From Candidatus Poribacteria bacterium (GTDB lineage Bacteria > Poribacteria > WGA-4E > PCPOR2b), in assembly GCA_965116925.1 (NCBI GenBank), contig OZ220744.1, positions 480,001 through 544,000 on the forward strand: 64,000 bases of DNA. The letters are read 5' to 3'. Positions 49,574 to 60,332 of this stretch are shown here, piece after piece; the stretch's first letter is position 1, and each line of letters opens with the position of its first letter. The notes beneath the pieces were generated by a model. It had not been told where the DNA came from. It made no database searches and was given only the letters and a program-made list of their open reading frames with translations. The position numbers and the translations under genes are program-made.

Positions 49574-50986
49574 ATGCCCAATAAACAAGTTGAAGTAGAT
49601 GGTAGCGAAGCAAAAGCGTTCGACAAATTTCTCGCCGGGGAAATATTCACCTCTACTGATATTCAGATGAACCTTGAAATTCTCTGTGATGATTTGGGCA
49701 GCCGATTTGCTGGGACACCGGCGGAGGCGGAAGCTGCACAATTTTTACAAGCGACGTTGGAGCGATACCGACTCAAAGATGTCCACAGCGAAGCGTTTGA
49801 ATACAACGGTTGGACGCGCGGCACCGCTAAACTGGCCGTTACCTCTCCTTGGCAGCGAGAACTGCCATGTCTGTCCATGCCGATGTCGCCATCAGGCAGG
49901 TGCAGTGGCAAAATTATCGATCTGGGGACAGGTTCCCCTGAAACCTTTGATGCACTACAAGGTGAACTCAAAGGCAACATTGCACTCGTCAACATCGCAA
50001 ACCCGGCCTCTGCGGGTCGCTGGGTGCACCGCACCGAAAAATACAACAGATCCATCCTCGCAGGTGCCCAAGCGTTTATCTTTATGGCAAATCAGGACGG
50101 TTACGGACCGATTACCGGGGCGTTGGGGTTCAATCAGTGGGGACTGATACCCGGAATCATGATCTCTAAGGAAACAGGAACACTCATCCAAAGAGCCATA
50201 CGCCGGAACGGCTTTGTCGAGACTGAAGTCGAAACCACTGACACTCTCGCCAAGAAAACGTCATGGAACATCATCGGAGATGTGAAGGGCAGCGCGGTGG
50301 ATGAGGATACGATTCTCATCGGTGTTCACTACGATGGTCATGATATCTCTCAAGGTGCGGAAGATCCAGCTTCAGGATTGGTTGCGGGGCTGGAAGTTGC
50401 ACGGGTCATGAGCCTACACGCTGACAAACTAAAGCGGGATGTGCGCTTTGTCCTATTTGGTGTTGAAGAGCTCGGGCTTATCGGCGCACATGCGTATGTC
50501 AACAACCACCCAAAGGATATTGAAAAGACTCGGTTCATGTTCAATTTGGACTCGGCGGGCGGTGGCGGACGGAAAGGACTGATGGTTTACGGACCAGACT
50601 CAAGGGCTTATTTCCGTACAATGGGACGGCAAATGAATGAAAACCTCATGGTAGACTTTGATGCCTCTCCATTGCGTGAACCCGACCATCTTTCCTCCGA
50701 TCACTACCCTTTTATGACGAAGGGTGTCGCCTGTGGATTCATCAGAGATCCATATAGCTATACTTGGCCCGGATTCTACCACACCGCACACGATACAGTG
50801 GATAAAGTCGATCTTCTCAAAGTAAAGGAGGCTGCATTTCTATGCGCTCGTTTGGCTTGGAGAATCGCCAACGACGATAATTGGTCCCTCAAACAGATGA
50901 GTGAGAAAGAATCAGCGGAACAGAGCACAACACCGGATGTCAGCGAGGTCCAACGGATCGAAAAGGCAGTTGAGAAGCTCCGATAG
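49574..50986 (+). CDS. M28 family peptidase with PA-like insert
   Basis: HYDGHD, EDPASG, GVEELGL, NLDS, SDH, YHTAHD. Confidence 0.9.
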   Translation: MPNKQVEVDGSEAKAFDKFLAGEIFTSTDIQMNLEILCDDLGSRFAGTPAEAEAAQFLQATLERYRLKDVHSEAFEYNGWTRGTAKLAVTSPWQRELPCLSMPMSPSGRCSGKIIDLGTGSPETFDALQGELKGNIALVNIANPASAGRWVHRTEKYNRSILAGAQAFIFMANQDGYGPITGALGFNQWGLIPGIMISKETGTLIQRAIRRNGFVETEVETTDTLAKKTSWNIIGDVKGSAVDEDTILIGVHYDGHDISQGAEDPASGLVAGLEVARVMSLHADKLKRDVRFVLFGVEELGLIGAHAYVNNHPKDIEKTRFMFNLDSAGGGGRKGLMVYGPDSRAYFRTMGRQMNENLMVDFDASPLREPDHLSSDHYPFMTKGVACGFIRDPYSYTWPGFYHTAHDTVDKVDLLKVKEAAFLCARLAWRIANDDNWSLKQMSEKESAEQSTTPDVSEVQRIEKAVEKLR

Positions 50987-51173
50987 CAAACCCAACAATA
51001 GACTATGGTGAATGCTAAAAATAAATAGACATTAATAGTAGTAGGCACACTCCGTGTGCCGTAACTCCACGAATCCCGATCTATCAGGGTCGGTAGGTGC
51101 GGTTTCTAACCGCACCGGTTTGGAGCGTCTCATTAATTCTAAGGTCCATAAAAGTTTAAAGAAAGCATGCCTC

Positions 51174-52076
51174 ATGTTCGACAATTTCACGAAAACCCAA
51201 ATCAAAGCCAACGGTGTTTCTATCAATCTCGTATATGGCGGAGTCGGCCCACCCTTGTTGTTATTGCACGGGTATCCACAGACCCATGTTGAATGGCATA
51301 AGATCGCTCCCAAACTCGCCGAGCATTACACCGTCGTTGCTCCAGATCTGCGTGGCTACGGCGACAGCGAAAAGCCGACCGCATCGGAAGGGGATTTGAG
51401 TGTCTATTGCAAACGCACGACCGCGCAGGATCAGGTTGAAGTGATGGAAAAACTCGGTTTTGAATCGTTCCATGTCGTTGGCCACGACCGCGGGGCGCGT
51501 GTCGGGCATCGCATGGCACTTGACCATCCGGAACGGGTGAGAACCTTCACATCACTTGACGTTGTACCCTCGCAAGCAGCTTTCGATCACATGGACAGCC
51601 AGCTTTCTTTCGCTTGGTTCCATTGGCACCTAATGCGTCAACCGTCACCGCTGCCAGAAACCCTGATCGGTAACAGTGCCAAAGCCTATCTGGACTTTCT
51701 GCTTGAGCGATGGACTGCAATCAACGGCTCCATTACAGATGAGGCGTACGCAGAATATCTCCGCTGTTTCAATAACCCTGAAACCATCCGCGCCACCTGC
51801 TTGGACTACCGGGGCATCGAGCTTGACCTGAAGCACGACGAAGTTGACCGAGGTCGCAAACTCACATGCCCGGTGTTGCTGCTCTGGGGCAGCAACATGG
51901 CGAAGCGTCCAGGTTGGCAAACCGGTGCTAGCTTGGACATGCTCACCGTCTGGCGAGACCGAGCTGTTGATGTGCGTGGCAAATCCCTTGATTGTGGACA
52001 TTTTTTGCCCGAAGAACTGCCGGAAGAAACGACGGCTGAACTGCTAGCGTTCCTCTCCGCCCACTATAATAAATAG
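51174..52076 (+). CDS. haloacetate (fluoroacetate) dehalogenase-like alpha/beta hydrolase
   Basis: [30 protein letters not shown]. Start reassigned to ATG 51174 because the upstream part of the ORF is MITE sequence. Confidence 0.85.
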   Translation: MFDNFTKTQIKANGVSINLVYGGVGPPLLLLHGYPQTHVEWHKIAPKLAEHYTVVAPDLRGYGDSEKPTASEGDLSVYCKRTTAQDQVEVMEKLGFESFHVVGHDRGARVGHRMALDHPERVRTFTSLDVVPSQAAFDHMDSQLSFAWFHWHLMRQPSPLPETLIGNSAKAYLDFLLERWTAINGSITDEAYAEYLRCFNNPETIRATCLDYRGIELDLKHDEVDRGRKLTCPVLLLWGSNMAKRPGWQTGASLDMLTVWRDRAVDVRGKSLDCGHFLPEELPEETTAELLAFLSAHYNK

Positions 52077-52179
52077 ACACTTTCGCTCCCCATGTTTGGT
52101 AGGTGCTGTTTCCAACTGCGCCGATTCGGAATGTCTCATTAATTCTAAAATCTACTATAAAACCCAATCCAAATTTGAA

Positions 52180-52926
52180 GTGACCACCGCATCTTCCAAT
52201 CCCACATCCTCCGAGAATTCACCCGCCGCGCTCGTGCGATTAGATCGTTTGAGCAAAGCTTACAGCGAAGCGGGTCAAAACCGCATTGTGCTAAACCAAG
52301 TAAGCCAAGAATTTTATGAGGGCGAGTTTGTCTGTTTGTTGGGAAAATCTGGCAGTGGAAAGAGCACACTGCTCAATCTGATCTCTGGCATTGATGCTCC
52401 GAGTAGCGGCCATGTGTTTATTCGGGAGGATAAGCGAGAAGTTGATTTGACTCACCTGAACGAACATCAACGCACCCTCTTCCGTCGTCGTCACATCGGA
52501 ATTATCTTCCAGTTTTTTAACCTCATACCGACCTTAACGGTGTTGGAGAATGTACGCCTGCCACTTGAGCTTACAGGTAGTTTTGAATCCCATAGGGACG
52601 GGCAAACTCGTGCAGAGGCCCTGCTTGAGCAAGTTGAACTTGGCGATCGCTTTAATACGTATCCCGATAGACTGAGTGGAGGCGAACAACAGCGGGTTGC
52701 GATAGCCCGCGCGCTCGTTCATAATCCTTTGATGCTGCTTGCTGATGAACCGACCGGTAATCTGGACACAGAAATCGGCGCAACTGTTCTGTCGTTATTG
52801 CTAGAAATGATTCGAGGCACCGGCAAAATGCTGTTGATGGCAACCCATGCGCCGGAGATTGCACGTCGTGCAGATCGGGTACTGCACATCACCGATGGCA
52901 CACTAGTCAACGATACCGGAACGTGA
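52180..52926 (+). CDS. ABC transporter ATP-binding protein (LolD-like)
   Basis: [33 protein letters not shown]. Start uncertain (GTG 52180). Confidence 0.9.
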   Translation: MTTASSNPTSSENSPAALVRLDRLSKAYSEAGQNRIVLNQVSQEFYEGEFVCLLGKSGSGKSTLLNLISGIDAPSSGHVFIREDKREVDLTHLNEHQRTLFRRRHIGIIFQFFNLIPTLTVLENVRLPLELTGSFESHRDGQTRAEALLEQVELGDRFNTYPDRLSGGEQQRVAIARALVHNPLMLLADEPTGNLDTEIGATVLSLLLEMIRGTGKMLLMATHAPEIARRADRVLHITDGTLVNDTGT

Positions 52927-52962
52927 TGCGTGAAACGTAAAAACGAATTTTATTGGTGCTCG

Positions 52963-53363
52963 TTAGATCCTGTTGACATTTCATCGTAATCAGACAATCA
53001 AGGGGGCACACAAACAACACATGGCACTTCGTAGGGGTTGGGTTCCCCAACCCTTTGTTCGCACATCAGAGATGGCTTCGGATTTCTGTAGGTCGATTTT
53101 CTAAAATCGACACCACCGAGAACATCGCCCGATAGTTTTGGCTCAAAAAATCCGGATTGTTGCACGCCACGTTGAAAATCCCGATTCATCGGGCTGTGTA
53201 TTTTGTCGAGATATGAATCTTGACCGACAATCGACTTTTGTACCACGATCTGTTAGATTGTGATCCCAACCTGCAAACCAACAGTTCGCGCTACTTATGG
53301 CGGATTGCCTGATGATTACAGTGTTTGCTGAATGAGCAGCTTCAAAATGTCAACACGCCCTAA
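52963..53363. mobile_element. MITE family C (IS5-like ends, ...ATGTCAACACGCCCTA)
   Basis: TTAGATCCTGTTGACATTT / AAATGTCAACACGCCCTAA; right portion shared with 58481-58589. Confidence 0.7.
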
Positions 53364-53788
53364 TACTCTGTCAGGCAAATTATGCTTGTGTATATTGATT
53401 GAAAGCAAACGATAACATATATGAGGGGTGTACATCATTATTGTCTGAATCACGGAGTCAGCTGATTACGCAGAAAACATTGATAGGCAAACAAAAATGC
53501 TACCGGACTGACGGTCCTTCAACAAGTCCAATACACAGAAGTCCTGCTGATCCGACGGAAACCTTCGCTCCAGCGGAGCGATATGTCTATAGAAGGTGAT
53601 AAGGTCAATGCCTGCGCTCCAGCGGAGCGCAATGTGTATGCACAGCAATAGGGTGAATCTACGAAGATGTCTACACATGCACACCCCTCACATATATAAT
53701 AATCTAAGTTGCTAGTTATTAAAAATCCATCAGAATCTGTAGGTCGAGATTCACATCTCGACACAAAACTTATCTGACTGAGCACTAG
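53360..53788. mobile_element. MITE family B, long variant carrying CCAG-type hairpin repeats
   Basis: Ends CTAATACTCTGTCAGGCAAATT and AACTTATCTGACTGAGCACTAG match 26245-26363. Confidence 0.7.
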
Positions 53789-53962
53789 CGTCTTCGCATC
53801 AAAAATGTTGATGCCAGAGAAGTAGGGTGCTTGCCCATCCCCTACGCTGCTGCTCGCTGTGGATTGACAAATCCACAGCCTTTGGGACAATTTCTTGCTT
53901 CTTAAAACAGGTTCTTAACATGAACCCCCTAGATAAAATTCTGAAATCCTAATTTAATCCTA

Positions 53963-56521
53963 ATGCAATTATTAATCACTCTCGCTTGGCGTCATGCGTG
54001 GCGCCGTCCAGCTCAAAGCATCTTCTTCATCATCGGTGTGGGGGTGGGCGTTGCGATGATTGTCGCAATAGACCTTGCCACCGGTGCTGCCAACCGTGCT
54101 TTTACAATCAGCACGGAAGCTGTGGTAGGCAAAACCACTCATCAGATTGTTGGCGGTCCCAGCGGGTTGGATGAGAGTATTTATCTCGCGTTGCGGCAGC
54201 AGTTGGGCTATCGACTCAGTGCACCGATTGTGGAAGGCTATGTTACCGCCGAAGAACTGGACATGCAGCCAATGCGTCTGCTCGGTGTGGATAGCTTTGC
54301 TGAATCACCCTTTCGGAATTATCTAAACGACGATAACGCTAGCTTTGCGGATAACAATGGGTTTACCGCTTTTATTGTTCAACCGAATACCGTCTTGCTC
54401 AGTGCAGTCCTTGCCCATCAGTATAATCTCAAGATAGGCGATTTTATCCGCATACAGGTGGGAGGGCGTCGTGAAACTTTGCAAATTGTGTCTGTGCTGA
54501 AGTCAGATGAGAAAAATGAGCAGCGCGGCCTTGATGGACTACTGATTACTGACATCGGGACTGCCCAAGAGGTATTAGCTAAAGTGGGCACGCTCGATCG
54601 AATTGATCTGATTATTCCGGAAGGCATACAGAGAGAGGGAATTCTCAAACATATCACTGCTATCCTGCCTCCCGGTGCTCGCATTGAACAGCCGACGGAC
54701 TCGGCAGTGGAAGAGATGACAGCTGCGTTTCGATTGAACTTGACAGCACTCAGTATGCTCGCGCTGTTAGTCGGAATGTTCCTCATTTATAACACGGTTG
54801 TCTTCAGCGTGGTGCAGCAGCGATCGGTTCTCGGCAGCCTGCGTGCATTGGGGGTGACACGGGGGCAAATTTTCTCCATAATTCTGTCCGAGGCGGGATT
54901 GCTGGGGGTTATAGGCACAGTCCTCGGACTTGGCTTGGGGTATCTGCTAGGGCGTGGTGCGGTCCAAATGGTCACGACCAATATCAATGATCTCTTTTTT
55001 GTTGTCACTGTGCGCCGTATCGACTTTCCACCCTTGACGCTGCTTAAAGGGGCTGTCATTGGCATTGCCGCAGCGTTAATCGCTGCCGCACTCCCTGCTT
55101 ATGAAGCAACCAATGTGCCCCCTGCCTCTGCGATTCAACGCAGCAATATTGAAGAACGGGCGCGTACCGCGTTATACTGGGTGAGTGGGGTTGGTGTGGG
55201 AGTCCTGTTGTTGGGCATCGCCCTTCTAATTCCTGAATGGCATCTAATCATTACGTTTGTTGGCATTTTCGCGATTATCATCGGTATCAGTCTGCTCACG
55301 CCCATTCTGACTTTAGGGCTCATGCACATTTTATCAGGACTGAATAGCGTTGCACGAAAATCCTTCAACACTTTAATTCGGCTTGCGGTTCGTGACATCA
55401 CGCGCTCGTTGAGCCGCACCTCCGTCGCCATTGCTGCACTGATGGTTGCAGTTAGCGTGATTGTCGGTGTCGGTCTGATGATCAGCAGTTTCCGCCTAAC
55501 TGTTGAACGGTGGTTGACGGATCTGTTGCAAGCGGATATTTTCGTCTCGGCACCCAGTCTCATCTCTGATCAGACTACCTTGCCACTTGCACATGGCGTA
55601 GCACAGAAACTAGAAACGTTCCCCGGTATTGCCCAGATTGCAACGAGCCGGCTGGTAGATGTCAGTGCCGGCGACTTGGGAGTTATCCAGCTTGCCGCTG
55701 TCAGCATGGACATCGCCGGTGAAAAGCGTTACTACAAGGCATCCGTGGGAGACCCAACCAGGACTTGGGAGGCGTTAAAGGCAGGCGGGCTCATTATCAA
55801 CGAGCCGATGTCTAACAGATTCAAACTCGGAGTTGGCGATGAAGTATCACTGCTTACGGACCAAGGAGAACGGCAATTTCCAATCGTGGCTGTCGCTTAC
55901 GATTTTGATGTCCAGTCCGGCGCACTTATCGATGATGCCATTTATCGCACATATTGGGATGACTCCAATCTGTCGGCTGCCGCGCTCTTTGTGAAACCCG
56001 GTGTTGATGTGGACACCAAAATTAACGAATTGCGCGCAGCATTCGCCGGTGAGACTAAATTGATAATTCGCTCTAACCGTGCTCTTCGGGAACACTCACT
56101 CGCTATTTTCGATCGCAGCTTTAGCATAACAGTTGCGCTACAAATGCTCGCCACGCTTGTAGCTTTCATCGGTATACTGAGTGCGTTGATGAGTCTGCAG
56201 CTGGAGCGGCGTCGAGAAATTGGGACGTTGCGAGCCGTTGGCATGACACGCCGCCAACTATGGAGACTAACACTGGTGGAAACGGGACTGATGGGAACGA
56301 CTGCGGGGATTCTCGCCATGCCGACCGGCCTTGTCCTTGCTGTAATTCTCATCTATATCATCAATCTCCGCTCTTTCGGTTGGACGCTGCAGATGTATTT
56401 ACAACCTGTTTATTTCTTCCAAGCCCTCACAGTTGCGCTGGTCGCAGCATTGTTGGCCGGAGTTTACCCCGCATGGCGTGTGGGTAGAATGCAGCCGGCA
56501 GATGCGTTACGGGAGGAGTGA
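53963..56521 (+). CDS. FtsX-like ABC transporter permease (two MacB/FtsX modules)
   Basis: GSLRALGVTRGQI, REIGTLRAVGMTRRQL, QPADALREE. Confidence 0.92.
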   Translation: MQLLITLAWRHAWRRPAQSIFFIIGVGVGVAMIVAIDLATGAANRAFTISTEAVVGKTTHQIVGGPSGLDESIYLALRQQLGYRLSAPIVEGYVTAEELDMQPMRLLGVDSFAESPFRNYLNDDNASFADNNGFTAFIVQPNTVLLSAVLAHQYNLKIGDFIRIQVGGRRETLQIVSVLKSDEKNEQRGLDGLLITDIGTAQEVLAKVGTLDRIDLIIPEGIQREGILKHITAILPPGARIEQPTDSAVEEMTAAFRLNLTALSMLALLVGMFLIYNTVVFSVVQQRSVLGSLRALGVTRGQIFSIILSEAGLLGVIGTVLGLGLGYLLGRGAVQMVTTNINDLFFVVTVRRIDFPPLTLLKGAVIGIAAALIAAALPAYEATNVPPASAIQRSNIEERARTALYWVSGVGVGVLLLGIALLIPEWHLIITFVGIFAIIIGISLLTPILTLGLMHILSGLNSVARKSFNTLIRLAVRDITRSLSRTSVAIAALMVAVSVIVGVGLMISSFRLTVERWLTDLLQADIFVSAPSLISDQTTLPLAHGVAQKLETFPGIAQIATSRLVDVSAGDLGVIQLAAVSMDIAGEKRYYKASVGDPTRTWEALKAGGLIINEPMSNRFKLGVGDEVSLLTDQGERQFPIVAVAYDFDVQSGALIDDAIYRTYWDDSNLSAAALFVKPGVDVDTKINELRAAFAGETKLIIRSNRALREHSLAIFDRSFSITVALQMLATLVAFIGILSALMSLQLERRREIGTLRAVGMTRRQLWRLTLVETGLMGTTAGILAMPTGLVLAVILIYIINLRSFGWTLQMYLQPVYFFQALTVALVAALLAGVYPAWRVGRMQPADALREE

Positions 56522-56537
56522 TGTATCAATCTTTCTT

Positions 56538-56671
56538 GGCTCATATAAAAAGAGAGTACAGAGCATGAAAATAAATCGTAGGGGCGGGGTCTCCCCGCCC
56601 TTACTTATCAGTGCGAGTCGGGGGACCCGACCCCTACGAAGTTTCTGTTGCACGATTTCTTAACATGAGCC
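56538..56671. mobile_element. MITE family D (GGCTCAT...ATGAGC ends)
   Basis: Same ends as 32150-32240; related pieces near 13137-13195, 35986-36040, 42950-43053 and 59732-59776. Confidence 0.65.
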
Positions 56672-56803
56672 ATCTTTTTTAATCGCCTTGTGTCCGATGT
56701 CCTAGCCGAACTGCACTAATGAACTAACAGTTTTTCACGTTTCACGCATCACGTTTCATGTCCTACGCATTTTGCATTTTCTTTTTACACAAGCCTTAAT
56801 CTT

Positions 56804-57670
56804 ATGTACGATTCTAACATTATCAATCTTCTCCGCCCATCCGATTGGATCACAATCATTTATCTCGCAGCTACTGGCGTGCTCGCTTGCATCTTTCATA
56901 AAAACTTGCGATGGTGGGGAATTTATGTAGTAAGTCATGCGGGTGCTATATGTGGTTTGCTTTTGTTGACCGTCATTCCCGAAGGTTCTTTGCCACTTCC
57001 GCTGCAAATATTACGCGACTGGTATCCCATTTCAACAATTCCGATCTTCTACTTGGAAATACCGCCATTGACACAGATGGTCCTGCGAAGATATTTCGAT
57101 GATAAAGTTATAGAATGGGAGGGACTATTATTCAACGGGCAGCCGAGCATTTATCTGAGCGAGCGTTTTCCGTCGAGGTGGCTTTCGGAGCTTTTACATC
57201 TGTGCTATTTCAGCTACTATCCCATTGTTTTCGGGCTTGCCACGCTGCTTTACCTTCAAGGCAAGCATGAAGTGTTTCACGAAGTGGTTTTTGCGGAGAT
57301 ATTGACCTTCAATTTATGTCTTATCTGGTATATCTTTATGCCAGTCATGGGACCACGCTACAAGTTTGTGAAAATTAGCGGACCGCTTGCGAACGGACAT
57401 ATTTTCAAGCTGGTACACATGATCCTTTCCAGTGCATCATCTAAAGGCACAGCGTTCCCAAGTTCCCACTGTGCAATTGGTGTGATTGTAGTCCTCTACG
57501 CCGCTTGTTATCACCCGACTGCTTTTATTGCCATGTGTCCGTTTGGCGTGGGGTTGGTCCTCGGAACAGTCTACGGACGATTTCATTACGCACTTGACGC
57601 CATCATTGGAACAGTCTTGGCAATAATTGTCTTTGGGATTGCACCACCTCTCTATCGTTTGTTGCTATAA
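56804..57670 (+). CDS. PAP2 superfamily membrane protein (Aur1/IPC synthase-like)
   Basis: Multiple TM helices; PVMGPR, AFPSSH, GRFHYALD. Confidence 0.85.
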   Translation: MYDSNIINLLRPSDWITIIYLAATGVLACIFHKNLRWWGIYVVSHAGAICGLLLLTVIPEGSLPLPLQILRDWYPISTIPIFYLEIPPLTQMVLRRYFDDKVIEWEGLLFNGQPSIYLSERFPSRWLSELLHLCYFSYYPIVFGLATLLYLQGKHEVFHEVVFAEILTFNLCLIWYIFMPVMGPRYKFVKISGPLANGHIFKLVHMILSSASSKGTAFPSSHCAIGVIVVLYAACYHPTAFIAMCPFGVGLVLGTVYGRFHYALDAIIGTVLAIIVFGIAPPLYRLLL

Positions 57671-58184
57671 CGTAAGCTGCCAGTTATTGAAAATCCATCG
57701 GTTTCCCATCCATCAAGTGCTCTACTTTCGCTCCAGATGGGTTTTAAGAAATTAAACGGGTAATTCTATATTTCCCCAGACCCGGTAGGTGCGGTTTCCA
57801 ACCGCACCGGACATCGCTCGGAAATTACCCAATTAATAAATTAATCTTCATGCGGAGCGATATGTCTATAGAAAGGCGATGCGTCCAATTTTCGCACTCC
57901 AGCGGAGTGCCATGTGTATAGAAAGGCTAACTATAGTAGATTTTAGAATTAATGGGACACGCCAAACCGGTGCGATTAGGAAAATAAAGCTACCGTTCTT
58001 CTGTTTGGTAGGCGCTGTTTCTAACTGCGCCGATACGGTGCGGTTACAAACCGCACCTACCGGGTGGCGCAAGTGTTTCTTTATTTTTTGAATTCACTAT
58101 AAAGCCCCAGAGGGGCGACATGTGTGTCGTAACTTTGGTTATTTTTGATAAATGTCGGGCATAGAAACTCACCCTACAGGTTAC

Positions 58185-58589
58185 CTAGTACACTGTCAGG
58201 CAAATTATGATTGTCTATATGGATTGAGACTCATAATACTTCGTAGGGGTCGGGTCACCCGACCCCCTTGTTGATATGCAAAACTTATCTGACTGAGTAC
58301 TAGGTTCTGTTGACATCTACCAGTCCGTAGGTTGGGTTGAACGGTTAACCACCAATCCCTATCAACTACAATAGAGGTTCTGGGGCCCAACAACATCTGC
58401 TTATAGACAGATAAAGTGAAACCCAACTCCGTTTTTCATCGGGACGCTTCCTGTTGAAAAAAACTGTTTCGTAAAAGTGGGCTTTTGTACCACGATCTGT
58501 TAGATTGTGATACCAGCTGCATTTGGCAGATCGCCTGATGCTTACAGCGTTTGCCGAATCAGCAGCTTCAAAACGCCAACACGCCCTAG
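58185..58589. mobile_element. adjacent MITE B (58185-58303) and MITE C (58300-58589) sharing one CTAG
   Basis: Near-identity to 26245-26363 and similarity to 53236-53363. Confidence 0.8.
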
Positions 58590-58711
58590 CAACCTGCGTT
58601 AGGTTACTACCACAAAAAGAACTTGCGTTCCAAGCACAAGTTAGTGTATGCTATCAAAAACTTAGACTCCAGATTTATCCATCATTTCAATTTTTAGAGG
58701 CAGGAAAAAAC

Positions 58712-59713
58712 ATGAGACTTATACAATTTTATCAACCAGGCCAAGGCAAGCGTGTTGGTGTTGTAACACGGAGCGATGTTGTTACCGATATTACCAGCGA
58801 CGGGGATCGTGGCTTACTCAGTCGATCCGTTGAACCTGACGATATTGTGATTGATGTCACGAGCGATGAGTCGCCGGGTGTATTAGAATTAATCGAACTC
58901 TCCTACAAGGAGGGGGTAAGCATGGGGATTCTGCTTGCCGATATCCAAGAGCGTGTCTCAGGCGCAACAAGTCATGGACCGCTACCGGGACAAGTAGAGG
59001 AAGATAAACTCAAATTTGCCACGCTCGATGTGCCCCCAGATCCAAAGGTGCCTCACCTCTTATCTCCTCTCGATTCGCCAGAGGTATGGGGTTGCGGTGT
59101 GACCTACAAACGCAGCGCGGATATGCGGGATGACGACAGCGAGCAGGATATATACAGCCGCGTCTACAACGCGGATCGCCCCGAGATTTTCTTCAAAGCG
59201 ACACCCGCCCGGTGCGTTGGACCGAACGGTTTCGTCGGTATCCGAAGCGACTCCATACTCACAGCCACCGAACCAGAGTTAGCATACGTCCTCGGCGAAG
59301 AGGGAGAAATTGTTGGTTACACGCTCTGCAACGATGTGTCCGCATGGGACATTGAGCGGGACAATCCCCTTTACCTACCGCAGTCGAAAGTTTTTTACGG
59401 TTGTTGCGCCCTCGGTCCGATGTTCGTCACCGCCTCCGAAGTTGACGATCCCTATAACCTAAACATCAAATGCACAGTTATCCGAGACGATAAACCAATC
59501 TATGAAGGGGGCGTAAACACCTCTCAAATTAACTGGAAGTTTGAGGAACTCACCGAATTCCTTTGCCGAGATAATCCCGTTCCAGTCGGCACAGTTGTCT
59601 CCACCGGCACCGGCATCATCGTCCCGAACGACCTACCGTTGGCACCCGGTGATGTTGTGGAGATCGAAGCGGACGGACTAGGCAAGCTCTCCAACCCTGT
59701 CAAACAGCTCTAG
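58712..59713 (+). CDS. fumarylacetoacetate hydrolase family protein (2-keto-3-deoxy-pentonate dehydratase-like)
   Basis: EVWGCGVTY, RPEIFFK, EPELA, CNDVSAWDIERDNPLYLPQSK, STGTG; start at ATG 58712. Confidence 0.88.
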   Translation: MRLIQFYQPGQGKRVGVVTRSDVVTDITSDGDRGLLSRSVEPDDIVIDVTSDESPGVLELIELSYKEGVSMGILLADIQERVSGATSHGPLPGQVEEDKLKFATLDVPPDPKVPHLLSPLDSPEVWGCGVTYKRSADMRDDDSEQDIYSRVYNADRPEIFFKATPARCVGPNGFVGIRSDSILTATEPELAYVLGEEGEIVGYTLCNDVSAWDIERDNPLYLPQSKVFYGCCALGPMFVTASEVDDPYNLNIKCTVIRDDKPIYEGGVNTSQINWKFEELTEFLCRDNPVPVGTVVSTGTGIIVPNDLPLAPGDVVEIEADGLGKLSNPVKQL

Positions 59714-59792
59714 AGTTTCGCAAAATGCGAAGAGAAACCGAGTTTTTTCGGCAAAACTCGGTTTCTGTTGCACTATAGAAAAGGAGAACATC

Positions 59793-60110
59793 GTGGAACT
59801 CGCAAATACCTTTGACTTTATTAGTCCGGAAACGATTCGGATCAAAGGGACACGAGTCGGCATCGAAATTGTGATCGAGAAATTTCTTGAAGGTGCAAAT
59901 CCAGAGGAAATTCAGCGACACCATCCACATCTGACCTTAAAGCAGATCTATGCGACGACTACTTACTACCTGTTTAATCGAGAACAGATTGATGCCTATA
60001 TCAAAACCGGGCGCAAACAGGTCGAAGCTGCTTATGAGGAACAGCGCAAAAACCCCTCATCGGGTGTGAGGCGACTCACGCAAATTATGGTGAATGCTAA
60101 AAATAAATAG
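59793..60110 (+). CDS. DUF433 domain protein (putative antitoxin)
   Basis: IRIKGTRVGIE, GANPEEI...HLTLKQIYA..YY; AAGGAG RBS, GTG start. Confidence 0.85.
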   Translation: MELANTFDFISPETIRIKGTRVGIEIVIEKFLEGANPEEIQRHHPHLTLKQIYATTTYYLFNREQIDAYIKTGRKQVEAAYEEQRKNPSSGVRRLTQIMVNAKNK

Positions 60111-60332
60111 ACATTAATAGTAGTAGGCACACTCCGTGTGCCGTAACTCCACGAATCCCGATCTATCAGGGGCGGTAGGTGCGGTTTTTAACTGCATTTT
60201 CGTCCCCCGGTAGTTGCGGTTTTTAACCGCACCGGTTTGGTGTGTCTCATTAATCCTAAGATCCACTATAGTGTTATTCGTGGCGAAGGAGCACCGCCAA
60301 TTGACACGCAGGGACTTACCTCCAATTGCCCC

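Noticed and set aside
51054..51173. N-terminal extensions of the dehalogenase (also 52096-52179 and 58523-58711 for the next genes)
   Set aside because: They are read through MITE/REP or promoter sequence; downstream starts match the family N-termini.
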